Shown: piece after piece, positions 9,315-19,171 of the stretch
Layout: every line of letters starts with the position of its first letter
Numbering within the stretch: the first letter of the stretch is position 1
NCBI GenBank assembly: GCA_963668355.1
Contig: OY764265.1
Coordinates: 160,001-224,000 of the forward strand
Length of the DNA: 64,000 nt
Reading direction: 5' to 3'
Source of the DNA: Bdellovibrionota bacterium
GTDB taxonomy: Bacteria; Bdellovibrionota_G; JALEGL01; DATDPG01
Position numbers and translations under genes: made by a program
The notes under the pieces: generated by a model
Database searches by the model: none
What the model saw: the letters and a program-made list of their open reading frames with translations, nothing else
Told to the model about the DNA's origin: nothing

Positions 9315-11635
9315 CAAACAGCCTGCTCTTTCTCTCCATCCATAACCAAATGAGCAAGCAGTCCTTCACAAACCGAGGGCAGGTGAATGACCTTCACATA
9401 TTTCGTATACAACTGGCCATCTTCCAACAACTCCGGCAAAGCATTGGGGGACTCCCTCAAAAAGGATTCCTTAAAAAGAGATTCCGATTCATCCGGATAA
9501 AGTGGAAGATACGCAATTCCAGATTCCACGAGATCTTGAAAAAAATGTGTTCCAAAAGAAACCTCGGGAACATAGCCTTCTTTTTCCCGCGCAATCTCAA
9601 TCAAGACTTTCGTATTTCGAATATCGGCGTAATTGATGCGTACGCCTAGGTTGATATCATTCGAGCCCCAACGCCCCGGCCCCATCAAAACATAAGAATG
9701 GTTGTGCAAACGCTGATTGATCCGGCTCACAACACGTCCTATGGTTTGTTTTAGGGAGAGATCTTCAATGGAATCATATTCAACGCTCGGAACATATACG
9801 AGGAATTCAATGTTTCGAACCTGTCCTGTGCGAACGTCCCGATCAGTCTTAAAAAGGATTCGATTCGAGTCCAGTTCTGCGGGCAATTGAACCCGAGTCA
9901 TCCCCATCAGCTTGGCTAAGGGTCGACATTGGAGCAAATAGAAGTTCGTTCCGTCGAATGCAAACTCCACGTCGACTGGACATCCATAAGCCTCATGAAG
10001 AACTTCCAAAACCTCTTTCATATGCTTGGCAAACTTCGTGGACTCGATGAGACGATCAAACGTCACACAGACATCCTCTTTAGAGGGGTCCAACAACTCC
10101 CCAAAAATGGGCGTCAGAGAACCATCTTGGAATTTGGAAATCACCAAATCGAACTTCTTCGGGATGGAATCTCCCAGGACTTCTTTGATGGGAAGCGTTT
10201 CAAATTGTTTGGTTTTTAAATTGATGACATCCACATTCTTTTGGGATTGAGCCAAGACCTCCCGCACTCCTCCTTGAGGCCTTAACGAAGGAACGGTCAG
10301 GGCGACCATACGTGGATAATCACTGCTCACACGATCTACCGCCCTCGTTCCCAAGCCCGTAACCAGGCGAATGAAACCGTCCTCTTTTCGAATTCTCCGA
10401 TCCCAACGATAAAAATCGTTTTGAGAAAACGCTACGCCGGCACACAGCGGGAAAAAGTAGTCTCGATGTTTGACACCCACAACCGGCTGAACCAAAACCC
10501 CCATAAACTCTTCGTAATCCACCAAATTTCTTTCTCGTCGATACATGAGGGGATCCGAGGCCAACATCGAAGCATAAACTTCTTTAACCGCACTGAGAAA
10601 TTGTTGGACCCGCGTCGAGAGTGCGCCCTGGTTGGCCAAAAAAATGGATTTGTATTTTCCGGAAAACACGGCCCCCAAACTATCCTCCAATAGACTTGAG
10701 GAACGCACAATCAAAGGGACTTCCCCCAACTTCTCCAACAGAAGTTCAACTTTCTTCATCACGTCCGGAGGAAAATCACCCGAATGAAAAAGCTCCAAAA
10801 CCAGAGGATACTCTTGTTCAATCTCTTCTTGAGTTTTGTATTTGTGACTTGCGTAAGACTCCAAGCCATTCTGCAAAACAAAAAGATTATTCAAGTCTGA
10901 TCTAAGAAAATAAGATTCAGGAGTTCGAATGGGGAATTCGGGTTCACGACCTTCTTTTTTAAAATGTTCTTCCAGGATGCGTCGGGCAAGAAGAAGGCCT
11001 GCAGCTTTTCCGCCAATTCTTCCCACGCCATTTTGTGGGCCAATCACATTCCCGGCGACCATCTCCAAATCTCGGATGAGGATGAAATTTCGAGCAATCG
11101 TTAAAAAGTCCAAATTGTCGCTGACAAATTGCCTCATTAGAGCCACACGAGTCGCGATCGCATCCGATGGAGGAAGTGGCGTCGCCGTTTTCGGTAACTT
11201 GCAATAGTCTTCGATCTTCTTGCGTAAAATATCGAAAGAGACGCCAGGAAGACGAGCGATATCCTCAAGCTCCTGCGCTTCTTCTCGCTTGGCCGTAATG
11301 GTGACTACATCTTCAATTTCTTCTTCTGAAAAATGTTTGGCCGAGACTTCGAGAATCGTTTTTCGAAGAGCATTTCGCTCTTTTTGTGTCCACTGCGTGG
11401 CGGTATCTACATTGAGAGCAATTCGTTGATTCGGTTTTCGCTTGATGGCCCCTTCTCCCAAAGCCATTTTGTATATTTCGTCCACACTGGCCACACCAGA
11501 GGAGTGGAGACGAATCAGGAAGTTTTGAACGATTTTAGATCTAAGGTTTGGATACTTCCGAATATAGCGATTTAGGAGACGGGTTGACGCTGATGAGTTT
11601 GGAGAAGAGTTTGACGTGTTTTTCTTTGCTTGCAT
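9287..11635 (-). CDS. PEP/pyruvate-binding (PEP synthase N-terminal ATP-grasp) domain protein, GDH-associated type
   Basis: IGGKA, IVRSSSLLED..FSGKY, GLGTRAV, DVEFA..LLQCRP, GPGRWGS, SFGTHFFQDL; no recognisable phospho-His domain; start ATG 11635 (11659 is possible). Confidence 0.8.
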   Translation of the reverse strand: MQAKKNTSNSSPNSSASTRLLNRYIRKYPNLRSKIVQNFLIRLHSSGVASVDEIYKMALGEGAIKRKPNQRIALNVDTATQWTQKERNALRKTILEVSAKHFSEEEIEDVVTITAKREEAQELEDIARLPGVSFDILRKKIEDYCKLPKTATPLPPSDAIATRVALMRQFVSDNLDFLTIARNFILIRDLEMVAGNVIGPQNGVGRIGGKAAGLLLARRILEEHFKKEGREPEFPIRTPESYFLRSDLNNLFVLQNGLESYASHKYKTQEEIEQEYPLVLELFHSGDFPPDVMKKVELLLEKLGEVPLIVRSSSLLEDSLGAVFSGKYKSIFLANQGALSTRVQQFLSAVKEVYASMLASDPLMYRRERNLVDYEEFMGVLVQPVVGVKHRDYFFPLCAGVAFSQNDFYRWDRRIRKEDGFIRLVTGLGTRAVDRVSSDYPRMVALTVPSLRPQGGVREVLAQSQKNVDVINLKTKQFETLPIKEVLGDSIPKKFDLVISKFQDGSLTPIFGELLDPSKEDVCVTFDRLIESTKFAKHMKEVLEVLHEAYGCPVDVEFAFDGTNFYLLQCRPLAKLMGMTRVQLPAELDSNRILFKTDRDVRTGQVRNIEFLVYVPSVEYDSIEDLSLKQTIGRVVSRINQRLHNHSYVLMGPGRWGSNDINLGVRINYADIRNTKVLIEIAREKEGYVPEVSFGTHFFQDLVESGIAYLPLYPDESESLFKESFLRESPNALPELLEDGQLYTKYVKVIHLPSVCEGLLAHLVMDGEKEQAVCYLAPRDGN

Positions 11636-11641
11636 AAAACT

Positions 11642-11694
11642 TCGGCGCCGAACAGGCATGTCGAACTACATGATAACATGCCTGTTGGCACCGA
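11642..11694 (-). other. Strong intergenic hairpin between gdh and the PEP-synthase-like gene
   Basis: TCGGCGCCGAACAGGCATGT-N14-ACATGCCTGTTGGCACCGA, about 19-bp near-perfect inverted repeat. Confidence 0.7.
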
Positions 11695-11755
11695 CTAGAT
11701 AGAATTACTTTTGCAACGATCGAATTCTCGATCGCCTTAAGCAATTCAACTGGGT

Positions 11756-13006
11756 TTAGACCCAACCTCGCATTTTGCAGGCTTCAGCCACGCGGGCCAC
11801 TGCCACCATATACGCAGCTAAGCGCATATGGACTTTCTTTTTCTGCGACGTTTCATAGTTTGCATTGAATGCATCCGTCATCTTTCGATCCAATTGTGCA
11901 TGAACCTCTTCAATGGGCCAGTAGTAGTTATACGTATTCTGGACTTGCTCGAAGTATGAAACGGTAACACCGCCTGCATTGGCCATGAAATCAGGAAGAA
12001 CAAAAATTCCTTTTTCATAAAGAATTTTATCAGCTTCCGGTGTGGTAGGTCCATTGGCCAACTCACAAATGACTTTGCATTTGATGTCATTGGCATTTTT
12101 ATCCGTGATGACATTTTCCAATGCCGAAGGATAAAGAATGTCGCATTCCATCACCAAGAGTTCTTCATTGGAAATTGGCTTAGATCCAGGGAACCCTTCC
12201 ACGGAACCCGTTTCAAGTTTGTACTTCACGAGTGCATGAGGATCCATTCCATCCGGATTCTGGACACCGCCACGGGAGTCCGAAGCGGCAATCAATTTTC
12301 CACCGCCCAGAACTTCTTTATGCAATGTCGCAGCAAACTGGCCAGCGTTTCCAAAACCTTGAACCGCGTAGGTCGCTTTGGAAGGATCCAAGTTGATCTT
12401 CTTGCACGCTTCCCGAACGACATAAATGCCGCCACGAGCCGTCGCGTCCCCACGACCTTGGGATCCACCCAAAGGAATTGGTTTTCCGGTGATGACGCCA
12501 GGATGATGTTCTTTGCTGATGGTTTCATACTCATCCATCATCCAAGCCATGATTTGAGGCGTGGTGTACACGTCTGGAGCAGGAACATCGTTCATGACTC
12601 CAAGGTTTTTGCCGATGGCTCGCATCCAACCCCGAGCCAAACGCTCTTTTTCATTTGTGGAGAGGGCTTTTGGATTGCAGGTAACCCCACCTTTTCCACC
12701 GCCCAAAGGAATATCAACAATGGCTGTTTTCCACGTCATCCAAGCAGCCAATGCTCGAACCGTGTCGATGGTCTCTTCTGGATGCCAGCGAAGCCCCCCT
12801 TTTGTTGGACCTCGGCCTCCGTTGTATTGGACTCGATACCCACGGAACACTTGCGTGGTTCCATCGTCCATTTTGACAGGGATGCTCACCTGTACTTCAT
12901 ACATGGGCCAACGGAGCAATTCACGTGTACCGCTGTCCAAACCTAGTTTTTCTGCCGCTTCGTCAAATTGCGTTTGAGCAATTTTGAACGGATTGAGCTC
13001 AGCCAT
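11756..13006 (-). CDS. gdhA: Glutamate dehydrogenase (Glu/Leu/Phe/Val DH family)
   Basis: GPTKGGLR, GGGKGG, DVPAPDV, VITGKP, GFGNAG, ANAGGVTVSYFE. Confidence 0.95.
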   Translation of the reverse strand: MAELNPFKIAQTQFDEAAEKLGLDSGTRELLRWPMYEVQVSIPVKMDDGTTQVFRGYRVQYNGGRGPTKGGLRWHPEETIDTVRALAAWMTWKTAIVDIPLGGGKGGVTCNPKALSTNEKERLARGWMRAIGKNLGVMNDVPAPDVYTTPQIMAWMMDEYETISKEHHPGVITGKPIPLGGSQGRGDATARGGIYVVREACKKINLDPSKATYAVQGFGNAGQFAATLHKEVLGGGKLIAASDSRGGVQNPDGMDPHALVKYKLETGSVEGFPGSKPISNEELLVMECDILYPSALENVITDKNANDIKCKVICELANGPTTPEADKILYEKGIFVLPDFMANAGGVTVSYFEQVQNTYNYYWPIEEVHAQLDRKMTDAFNANYETSQKKKVHMRLAAYMVAVARVAEACKMRGWV

Positions 13007-13238
13007 TGATTCTCTCCTTTGTACTATTATTCAGTCAATTCGAGTTTCTTGTGGAGCGAGTAAATACACGCTACCACCTACTTTGAGCGGGTTATGCTTC
13101 ATGGGCCATGATGTCAACCCTATTGGTCATGTTTCAGACCAAGAACTTTGGCCCCCGGTAAAAAGGCCATACACAGGGGTTTCTTGGCAAGAGTTTTTCT
13201 GGATCCTGGCTGTTTTTTCATTAAATTTGTGAATCCAC

Positions 13239-14264
13239 ATGCCAACCAACGTAACCGCAGAATACAAAAAACATGAGGCCGAATACCGCAAGGCCCGAGA
13301 GCCCCAGGAGCGACTTAAGTGCTTGAAAGAAATGCTCCGAACCATCCCCAAACATAAAGGAACTGAGCATCTCCAAGCCGATATCAAAACAAGGATTAAA
13401 CAACTCACGGAGGAGGTTTCGGGTCCCAAAAAAGGGGGAGCCAAGACAGGCCCATCCCAAACTGTGAAACCCGACGGAGCCGCTCAAGTTGCGCTATTGG
13501 GCCCTCCCAATGCCGGGAAGTCCTCCTTTCTAGCCAAAGCCACAGGAGCTCAAACGGACATCGGTCCCTATCCATTTACCACTCAGTTTCCGATTCCAGG
13601 GATGTTTCCTTTTGAAGATATTTATTTTCAGTTGGTAGACCTCCCCCCCATCTCGGCAGACTTTATGGAACCCTGGATGATCAATTCACTTCAAACAGCC
13701 GACGCCGCTCTTTTGGTGATAGACTTGGCGGAAGCCGGATGTACCGAACACGTGGAAGTCCTCCTCAAGCGATTGGAGGAAAAAAAAGTTACACTGACAC
13801 CCAACTGGCCTAGCCTGGGTTTCCCTCCAGAAAATGACGAAAAAGAGGAGGAACTTGATCCTTTTCGCCTATATCTCCCCACAGCACTCATAGCCAACAA
13901 AGGCGATCTCCAACAGAATGATGAAGAGATTGAAACCTTAAAAGAGCTTTTAGAAATCACCTTTCCCTCCCTCACGATTTCAGCCAAAACCGGACAAGGT
14001 CTGGAAGAGGTGTCCCGCTTTCTTTTTCAGAGTCTTGGCGTGGTACGTGTCTACACCAAAGCTCCGGGAAAAAAGCCAGAAATGGATACGCCATACACAC
14101 TCCCAATGGGGTCCACAGTGATGGATCTGGCTCAACGAATTCACAAAGATTTTGCTAAAAATCTTAAATTCGCCAAAATTTGGGGCAGCGGACGTTTTGA
14201 TGGGCAACAAGTTGGGGGAGAACATCAAGTGGTGGACCGTGACGTGCTTGAAATTCATATTTAG
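13239..14264 (+). CDS. DRG/Rbg1-like OBG-family GTPase with C-terminal TGS domain
   Basis: IPKHKGTEHL N-terminal helix, G1 GPPNAGKS, G2 YPFTT, G4 NKGD, TGS (VRVYTK..IHKDF..AKIWG). Confidence 0.85.
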   Translation: MPTNVTAEYKKHEAEYRKAREPQERLKCLKEMLRTIPKHKGTEHLQADIKTRIKQLTEEVSGPKKGGAKTGPSQTVKPDGAAQVALLGPPNAGKSSFLAKATGAQTDIGPYPFTTQFPIPGMFPFEDIYFQLVDLPPISADFMEPWMINSLQTADAALLVIDLAEAGCTEHVEVLLKRLEEKKVTLTPNWPSLGFPPENDEKEEELDPFRLYLPTALIANKGDLQQNDEEIETLKELLEITFPSLTISAKTGQGLEEVSRFLFQSLGVVRVYTKAPGKKPEMDTPYTLPMGSTVMDLAQRIHKDFAKNLKFAKIWGSGRFDGQQVGGEHQVVDRDVLEIHI

Positions 14265-14370
14265 CCTGGTTCCTCACGCATTCCCCTCTTGAAGAAAGAC
14301 CCTTTACGATGCTATGGTCCGCTGCCCTCGCCCCATCAGGCATCGGCCAAGAGAAGAACAGGAGAACACC

Positions 14371-15381
14371 ATGTATTCCACAAATGCCATCACTTTTGAC
14401 GATGTCTTATTGGTACCCGCATACAATCACTATGAGTCACGACGCCTTGTTGACATTTCCATGACCGATCGCCGAGAGATGATCACGTTGGACCTTCCGA
14501 TTTTTTCCTCCAATATGGACACCATCACGGAAAGCCAAATGGCCAATTTCATGTCCGAAAAAGGAGGCTCCGGTGTCATTCATCGTTTCATGTCTGTGGA
14601 ACGCAATATTGAAGAATTTAAAAAGTCTCCGACCAAAACCTTTGTTTCAGTTGGATGTTCCGAGAAAGACATGGAGCGTGTGGAAGCGCTTCGGGATGCT
14701 GGAGCCCAATATTTTTGCATCGATGTCGCCCACGCCCACGGAAAATACGTCGGTAAAACGCTGAAACGAATGCGCGAAATCTTGGGAAATGCCTGCATCA
14801 TGGCTGGGAATGTAGCCACCTATGCCGGAGCCGACTATCTGGCTTCGTGTGGTGCAGACCTAATCAAAGTTGGAATTGGAGGAGGATCCGTTTGCAGCAC
14901 AAGAATTAAAACCGGATATGGGGTTCCGATGTTGACATCCATTCAGCAGTGCGCCAAGACGGATCGTTCCATCATTGCGGATGGGGGCATCCGAACTCCA
15001 GGAGATGTGGTCAAAGCTCTCGCCTTTGGAGCTGATTTCGTCATGATTGGAGGCATGTTGGCGGGAACAAAACCCACTCCCGGAAATGCCGTCGAAAAAG
15101 AAGGAAAGCAATGGAAAGAGTACCGGGGCATGGCTAGCAAAGAAGCCCAGGACTCCTTCATTGGTGGTGTCCCAGATTGGAAAACCGCAGAAGGTGTCGC
15201 AACCTATGTCCCTTACCGAGAAGATGAGGAAGCCATCATTGCGGATATCATTGGGGGTCTGCGCTCAGGACTGACTTATGGTGGATCCAGCACCATTCGA
15301 GAGCTTCAACGAAAATTGGAATACTTGGTCGTCTCCCAAGCTTCTCGCCTGGAAAGCCTTCCCCACAAAACCATTTCTTAA
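14371..15381 (+). CDS. guaC: GMP reductase / CBS-less IMP dehydrogenase family protein
   Basis: TFDDVLLVP, SSNMDTIT, GIGGGSVCSTR catalytic Cys, ADGGI, YRGMAS; no Arg-Tyr dyad visible in the flap; start ATG 14371 with AGGAG. Confidence 0.75.
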   Translation: MYSTNAITFDDVLLVPAYNHYESRRLVDISMTDRREMITLDLPIFSSNMDTITESQMANFMSEKGGSGVIHRFMSVERNIEEFKKSPTKTFVSVGCSEKDMERVEALRDAGAQYFCIDVAHAHGKYVGKTLKRMREILGNACIMAGNVATYAGADYLASCGADLIKVGIGGGSVCSTRIKTGYGVPMLTSIQQCAKTDRSIIADGGIRTPGDVVKALAFGADFVMIGGMLAGTKPTPGNAVEKEGKQWKEYRGMASKEAQDSFIGGVPDWKTAEGVATYVPYREDEEAIIADIIGGLRSGLTYGGSSTIRELQRKLEYLVVSQASRLESLPHKTIS

Positions 15382-15439
15382 ATTTACGTAGAAAAGTGTT
15401 CGAGATCCATGAACTTTCTCGCTCAGAAAAACGATGCAC

Positions 15440-15919
15440 TTACGTTTCTTTGAATGTGGGATCGCTGGATTCGCTGGGAAGGCCTGGTTTATTGCCTGCT
15501 TTGTATTCTTCAATGAAGTTTTGAACCATCTCGCGAAAGGCTGCGCGAGAAAAATCGAGCGGTTTATCCAAACACATCACTTTTGGATATTTTTGGGCAA
15601 TTTCCCTTCGAATGTCTGAAGTCAAAAAGGCACTCAAAACCATTGTGGGAATTTCGGGATGATTTTCTTGCAACCACGCAAGCACTTCCAAACCTCTTAG
15701 AGGAGCAGAGTGATCTTCGGGAGACACTTCTGGGAAATTGTAAATCAAATCTACCATGATGGCATCGTGACCTTTTACGGAGTATCGACCCGAAACAATG
15801 TCCCGAGGGTCCATCACCGTTCGCGTATTCCAGAACTCTTCACAATTGAAGACAAAGGCATCTAAATTGTCAGCCTCATCATCTATAAACAAGACATTGA
15901 GCTGATCCGACAAAGCCAT
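15440..15919 (-). CDS. Single-domain response regulator (receiver)
   Basis: VLFIDDE, IMVDL phospho-Asp, VLSA, DKP; start reassigned to ATG 15919. Confidence 0.75.
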   Translation of the reverse strand: MALSDQLNVLFIDDEADNLDAFVFNCEEFWNTRTVMDPRDIVSGRYSVKGHDAIMVDLIYNFPEVSPEDHSAPLRGLEVLAWLQENHPEIPTMVLSAFLTSDIRREIAQKYPKVMCLDKPLDFSRAAFREMVQNFIEEYKAGNKPGLPSESSDPTFKET

Positions 15920-15982
15920 GTGTGGTTTTCCCTCTCTTCCGAATTTGAAAAGAAAAAATTTTACTGTCAATCCATCATGATG

Positions 15983-18900
15983 TCACGAATCACTTAAGGA
16001 AGAACGTCCCGAATGTATCGAATACAAGAGCGGAACCAGAATCAACGTGATGGTGGTACCAAAAACCAGTCCCCCGGCCAACGCCAAAACGACCGGGACA
16101 ATGAATGGCTCCTCCCCCCCCAATCCATAAATCGTAGGGATCATCGCCGCGATGGTTGTAAAGGTGGTTAAGAGAACGGGCCGAAGACGTTCCTTAGCCC
16201 CATCCACAATTTCCTCAAGGGTTAACTTCGCAGCCTCTGAGATCTCATTCAAATGACTGACCATGATCAAGGAGTCATTCACAACCACCCCAACCAACCC
16301 AAGAATTCCAATCATGGCCAAAAAACTAATGGGTAAGCCATGCAGGTAAAAAACGACAAACACGCCCCCCATCGCGAATGGAAGTGCCGCAAGAATGATG
16401 AGCGGCTGAAAGAATGAGTTGAATAAAATGACCAGAACGAAATACATGGCAATCAACGTACACACAAAGGCAATGTAAAAATCGCGCATGCTTTCTTGAG
16501 TGGCCTTTTCCTCACCTCCGAACACCATTCGAAAGCCCGGCGTCGATTGAATTTTTGTAAAAAATTTATCGCGGATTTTCCCGTTCGCCTCTGAGGAAGT
16601 GGTGACTTGTGTATCTACGTCAGCGGCCAAGGTGATCGACCGATTTCCATTGTAATGACGAACGACTTCATAACCCTTGGTACTTTCCATTTGCACCAAG
16701 TGCTTTAAGAACACTAATTTTCCCTGATTGTTGGGAACTTGAATGTTTTTCAAGATCTCGAGATTTCTTCGTTCCTCAGGTTTTAACTGAACACGAAAAT
16801 CAATTTCCTCTCCTCCACGCGTGATCTCGGTGGCAACCACCCCTTCATAAGCCGCTCGAATCGTATTCCCCAAGTCTCTAGCAGACACACCCAGACGGGC
16901 CATAGCCTCATAGTTCGGACGCAAGCGGATCTCCCTCTTATCTTTTCCCTCTTCCGCATCAATATTTTTCACACCCTCCATTTGGTGCAAAAAGGCACTC
17001 ACTTCTTGAAAGAACGTCGATCTCACTGCATCATCATCGCCAATGATGGTTACCGTAATGGGCTTTCCGATGGGAGGACCATCATAAAGTTCGGCCACCT
17101 CCAGGCGCGTATAGTCTTCGAATCTTTTCGACTTCTCACGGATTTGATCCATGATCATTTCACTGTGAAGATGTCTTTCTGAAGCAGGCTTGAGATAAAC
17201 AGTGATCAAGGCCCAGTTACTATGAAAACCTGCCGTGCCCCCATACACACTGGTGTCATGATGCCCAACTCGCGTGGTGTAATTTACGAGCTGAGAAGCC
17301 TCGATTTCCTCGACCAACCCTTCCAGCTCGGAGACTTTCTTCGACGTTTTTTCCAGGCTATACCCTTCAGGAAGTTCAATGATCACATGAAAGATATCTG
17401 CATCTTGATAAGGAAACAGAACGAGCTTCATCCCCACCAGAAACAAAGACGAAGAACCCACCAAAAAGAGAAAAAACACGATGATCGTGCGAAAACGAAA
17501 TCGAAGCGTCAGTTTCAACATCCGTTTATAAAACTCTTTCACTTTTTCGAACCATTGATGTCTTCGGGGTTCGCTCTTCTGTCCATGGGCAATGTGAATG
17601 GGAAGAATGAAAAGAGATTCAAAAAGGCTCACCGCAAGCGTCAAGGTCACGACAATCGGAATCTCCCGAACAAACTTCCCCGTAATTCCACTCATGAAAC
17701 CAATCGAGAGAAATGCCAATATGGTTGTGACAACTGTCGTAAGAACAGGCCATCGAATCCCCTTAACCCCCTCTATCGCAGCATCCCGAGCGGACATCCC
17801 CTTTTCCCTTAAACGCGTGATGTTTTCGGCCACAACAATGGCATCGTCCACAATCAGCCCCAACACAATGATAAGTGTAATGAGTGAAATGAAATTGATT
17901 TCCACACCAAAAAAAGGAAAAAGGCTGAATGCCCCCAATACAGAAATGGGGATTCCTGCGGCCGTCCAAAAGGCCGTCGTCTTCGTCAAAAAAATCGACA
18001 AACAAAGAATCACCAAAACAAAACCGAGAAGTCCATTATTCTGAACGATTTTGAGCATGGATGCCGTGTAATAGGAAAAGTCACTCACCAAATGAATGTT
18101 TACGTCTTTCGGCAGATGCTTTCGAAATTTTTCAATCGTTTCGTTGACTCGCTCGCTGATGGTTATGATGTCCGCATTTCCTTGAGATCGAATGAGAAGG
18201 TTGATGCTATTTTGTCCACGTGTTCGAGACTTCACGTCTTCTTGTTCGAAGTCATCGCGGATCACCGCAACTTCGTCCACACGCACGCTATGCCCACTAA
18301 AGTTGGACCTTAAGATCACCTCTCCCACCTCCAAAGGAGAATCAAATTCTGAATAGGTTACGATTTGTTTCTCGTCCGTGAACGACTCTAAGTTCCCACC
18401 GGACACCCGTACGTTTTGGTTCTGGATGGCTTGAATCACACCCCCTAAAGACACATCCATCTCCTCCAGAGCTTCAGAAGACACTTCTATTTTGACTTCT
18501 CGTTTCCGATAACCAACCTTCTCAACAGATCCAACCCCGTTGATCTCCTTGATCTCGTCTTCCAAATCCTCTGCAACCTTTCGAAGCTGCTTCTCTGGAA
18601 CATCTCCTTGAATGGCCAACTCGAGAACCGCCACATTGGACGAACGCAGCTCTTTGATGGAGGGTTTTCCATCGATTTCTGCCGGAAGATCTGAAACACG
18701 GTCCACAGCTCTGGAGATTTCATCCTTCACCCAGTCAGGATCCGAAGCATCCGCATCCACAAACGCATAGACTAAGGAAATGTCTTCGAGAGAGGAGGAA
18801 AGCACTTTTTCCAAACCATCCACATCTTCCAATTCATCCTCAATTTTTTTGGTGACATTGATCTCAATATCTTCAGCAGAAGCTCCCGGATAGATCGTCG

Positions 18901-19042
18901 TAACTCGGAGGATATTAAAGTCCACTTCGGGATAACCTGCTCGATTCAGACGGGTTAACGTCAAGCTTCCAACCAGAACAATCAAAATCACCAAGAGATT
19001 GGCAATCTTTGGACGCTTCAAAAAAAACTCAACCAATATCAT
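15983..19042 (-). CDS. RND (AcrB/AcrD/AcrF family) permease
   Basis: 1019 aa, YPGASAEDIE, GLIVDDAIVVAENI, GVVVNDSL, RLRPVLLT. Confidence 0.92.
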   Translation of the reverse strand: MILVEFFLKRPKIANLLVILIVLVGSLTLTRLNRAGYPEVDFNILRVTTIYPGASAEDIEINVTKKIEDELEDVDGLEKVLSSSLEDISLVYAFVDADASDPDWVKDEISRAVDRVSDLPAEIDGKPSIKELRSSNVAVLELAIQGDVPEKQLRKVAEDLEDEIKEINGVGSVEKVGYRKREVKIEVSSEALEEMDVSLGGVIQAIQNQNVRVSGGNLESFTDEKQIVTYSEFDSPLEVGEVILRSNFSGHSVRVDEVAVIRDDFEQEDVKSRTRGQNSINLLIRSQGNADIITISERVNETIEKFRKHLPKDVNIHLVSDFSYYTASMLKIVQNNGLLGFVLVILCLSIFLTKTTAFWTAAGIPISVLGAFSLFPFFGVEINFISLITLIIVLGLIVDDAIVVAENITRLREKGMSARDAAIEGVKGIRWPVLTTVVTTILAFLSIGFMSGITGKFVREIPIVVTLTLAVSLFESLFILPIHIAHGQKSEPRRHQWFEKVKEFYKRMLKLTLRFRFRTIIVFFLFLVGSSSLFLVGMKLVLFPYQDADIFHVIIELPEGYSLEKTSKKVSELEGLVEEIEASQLVNYTTRVGHHDTSVYGGTAGFHSNWALITVYLKPASERHLHSEMIMDQIREKSKRFEDYTRLEVAELYDGPPIGKPITVTIIGDDDAVRSTFFQEVSAFLHQMEGVKNIDAEEGKDKREIRLRPNYEAMARLGVSARDLGNTIRAAYEGVVATEITRGGEEIDFRVQLKPEERRNLEILKNIQVPNNQGKLVFLKHLVQMESTKGYEVVRHYNGNRSITLAADVDTQVTTSSEANGKIRDKFFTKIQSTPGFRMVFGGEEKATQESMRDFYIAFVCTLIAMYFVLVILFNSFFQPLIILAALPFAMGGVFVVFYLHGLPISFLAMIGILGLVGVVVNDSLIMVSHLNEISEAAKLTLEEIVDGAKERLRPVLLTTFTTIAAMIPTIYGLGGEEPFIVPVVLALAGGLVFGTTITLILVPLLYSIHSGRSSLSDS

Positions 19043-19079
19043 TTCAAAAACACTCCCTATCCCTTTTCGTTAGGAGAAT

Positions 19080-19138
19080 AAAAAAATGCGTGGAGCGGCA
19101 CGAAAGACTCGCTTCGTCACCTATTCCACGCACTTTTT
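19080..19138 (-). terminator. Long hairpin plus U-tract downstream of the second gdh
   Basis: TGCGTGGA...TCCACGCA outer stem with an inner ACGAA/TTCGT stem, followed by T8 on the minus strand. Confidence 0.6.
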
Positions 19139-19171
19139 CAAAGAACCCAAATGGGTCTGTTTTTTTACAGT

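Noticed and set aside
12236..12946. 236-aa ORF antisense to gdhA (likewise 3872-4501, 8246-8869, 26527-27360, 52002-52622, 60394-61062)
   Set aside because: Antisense shadows of conserved genes caused by codon bias; no motifs or initiation signals
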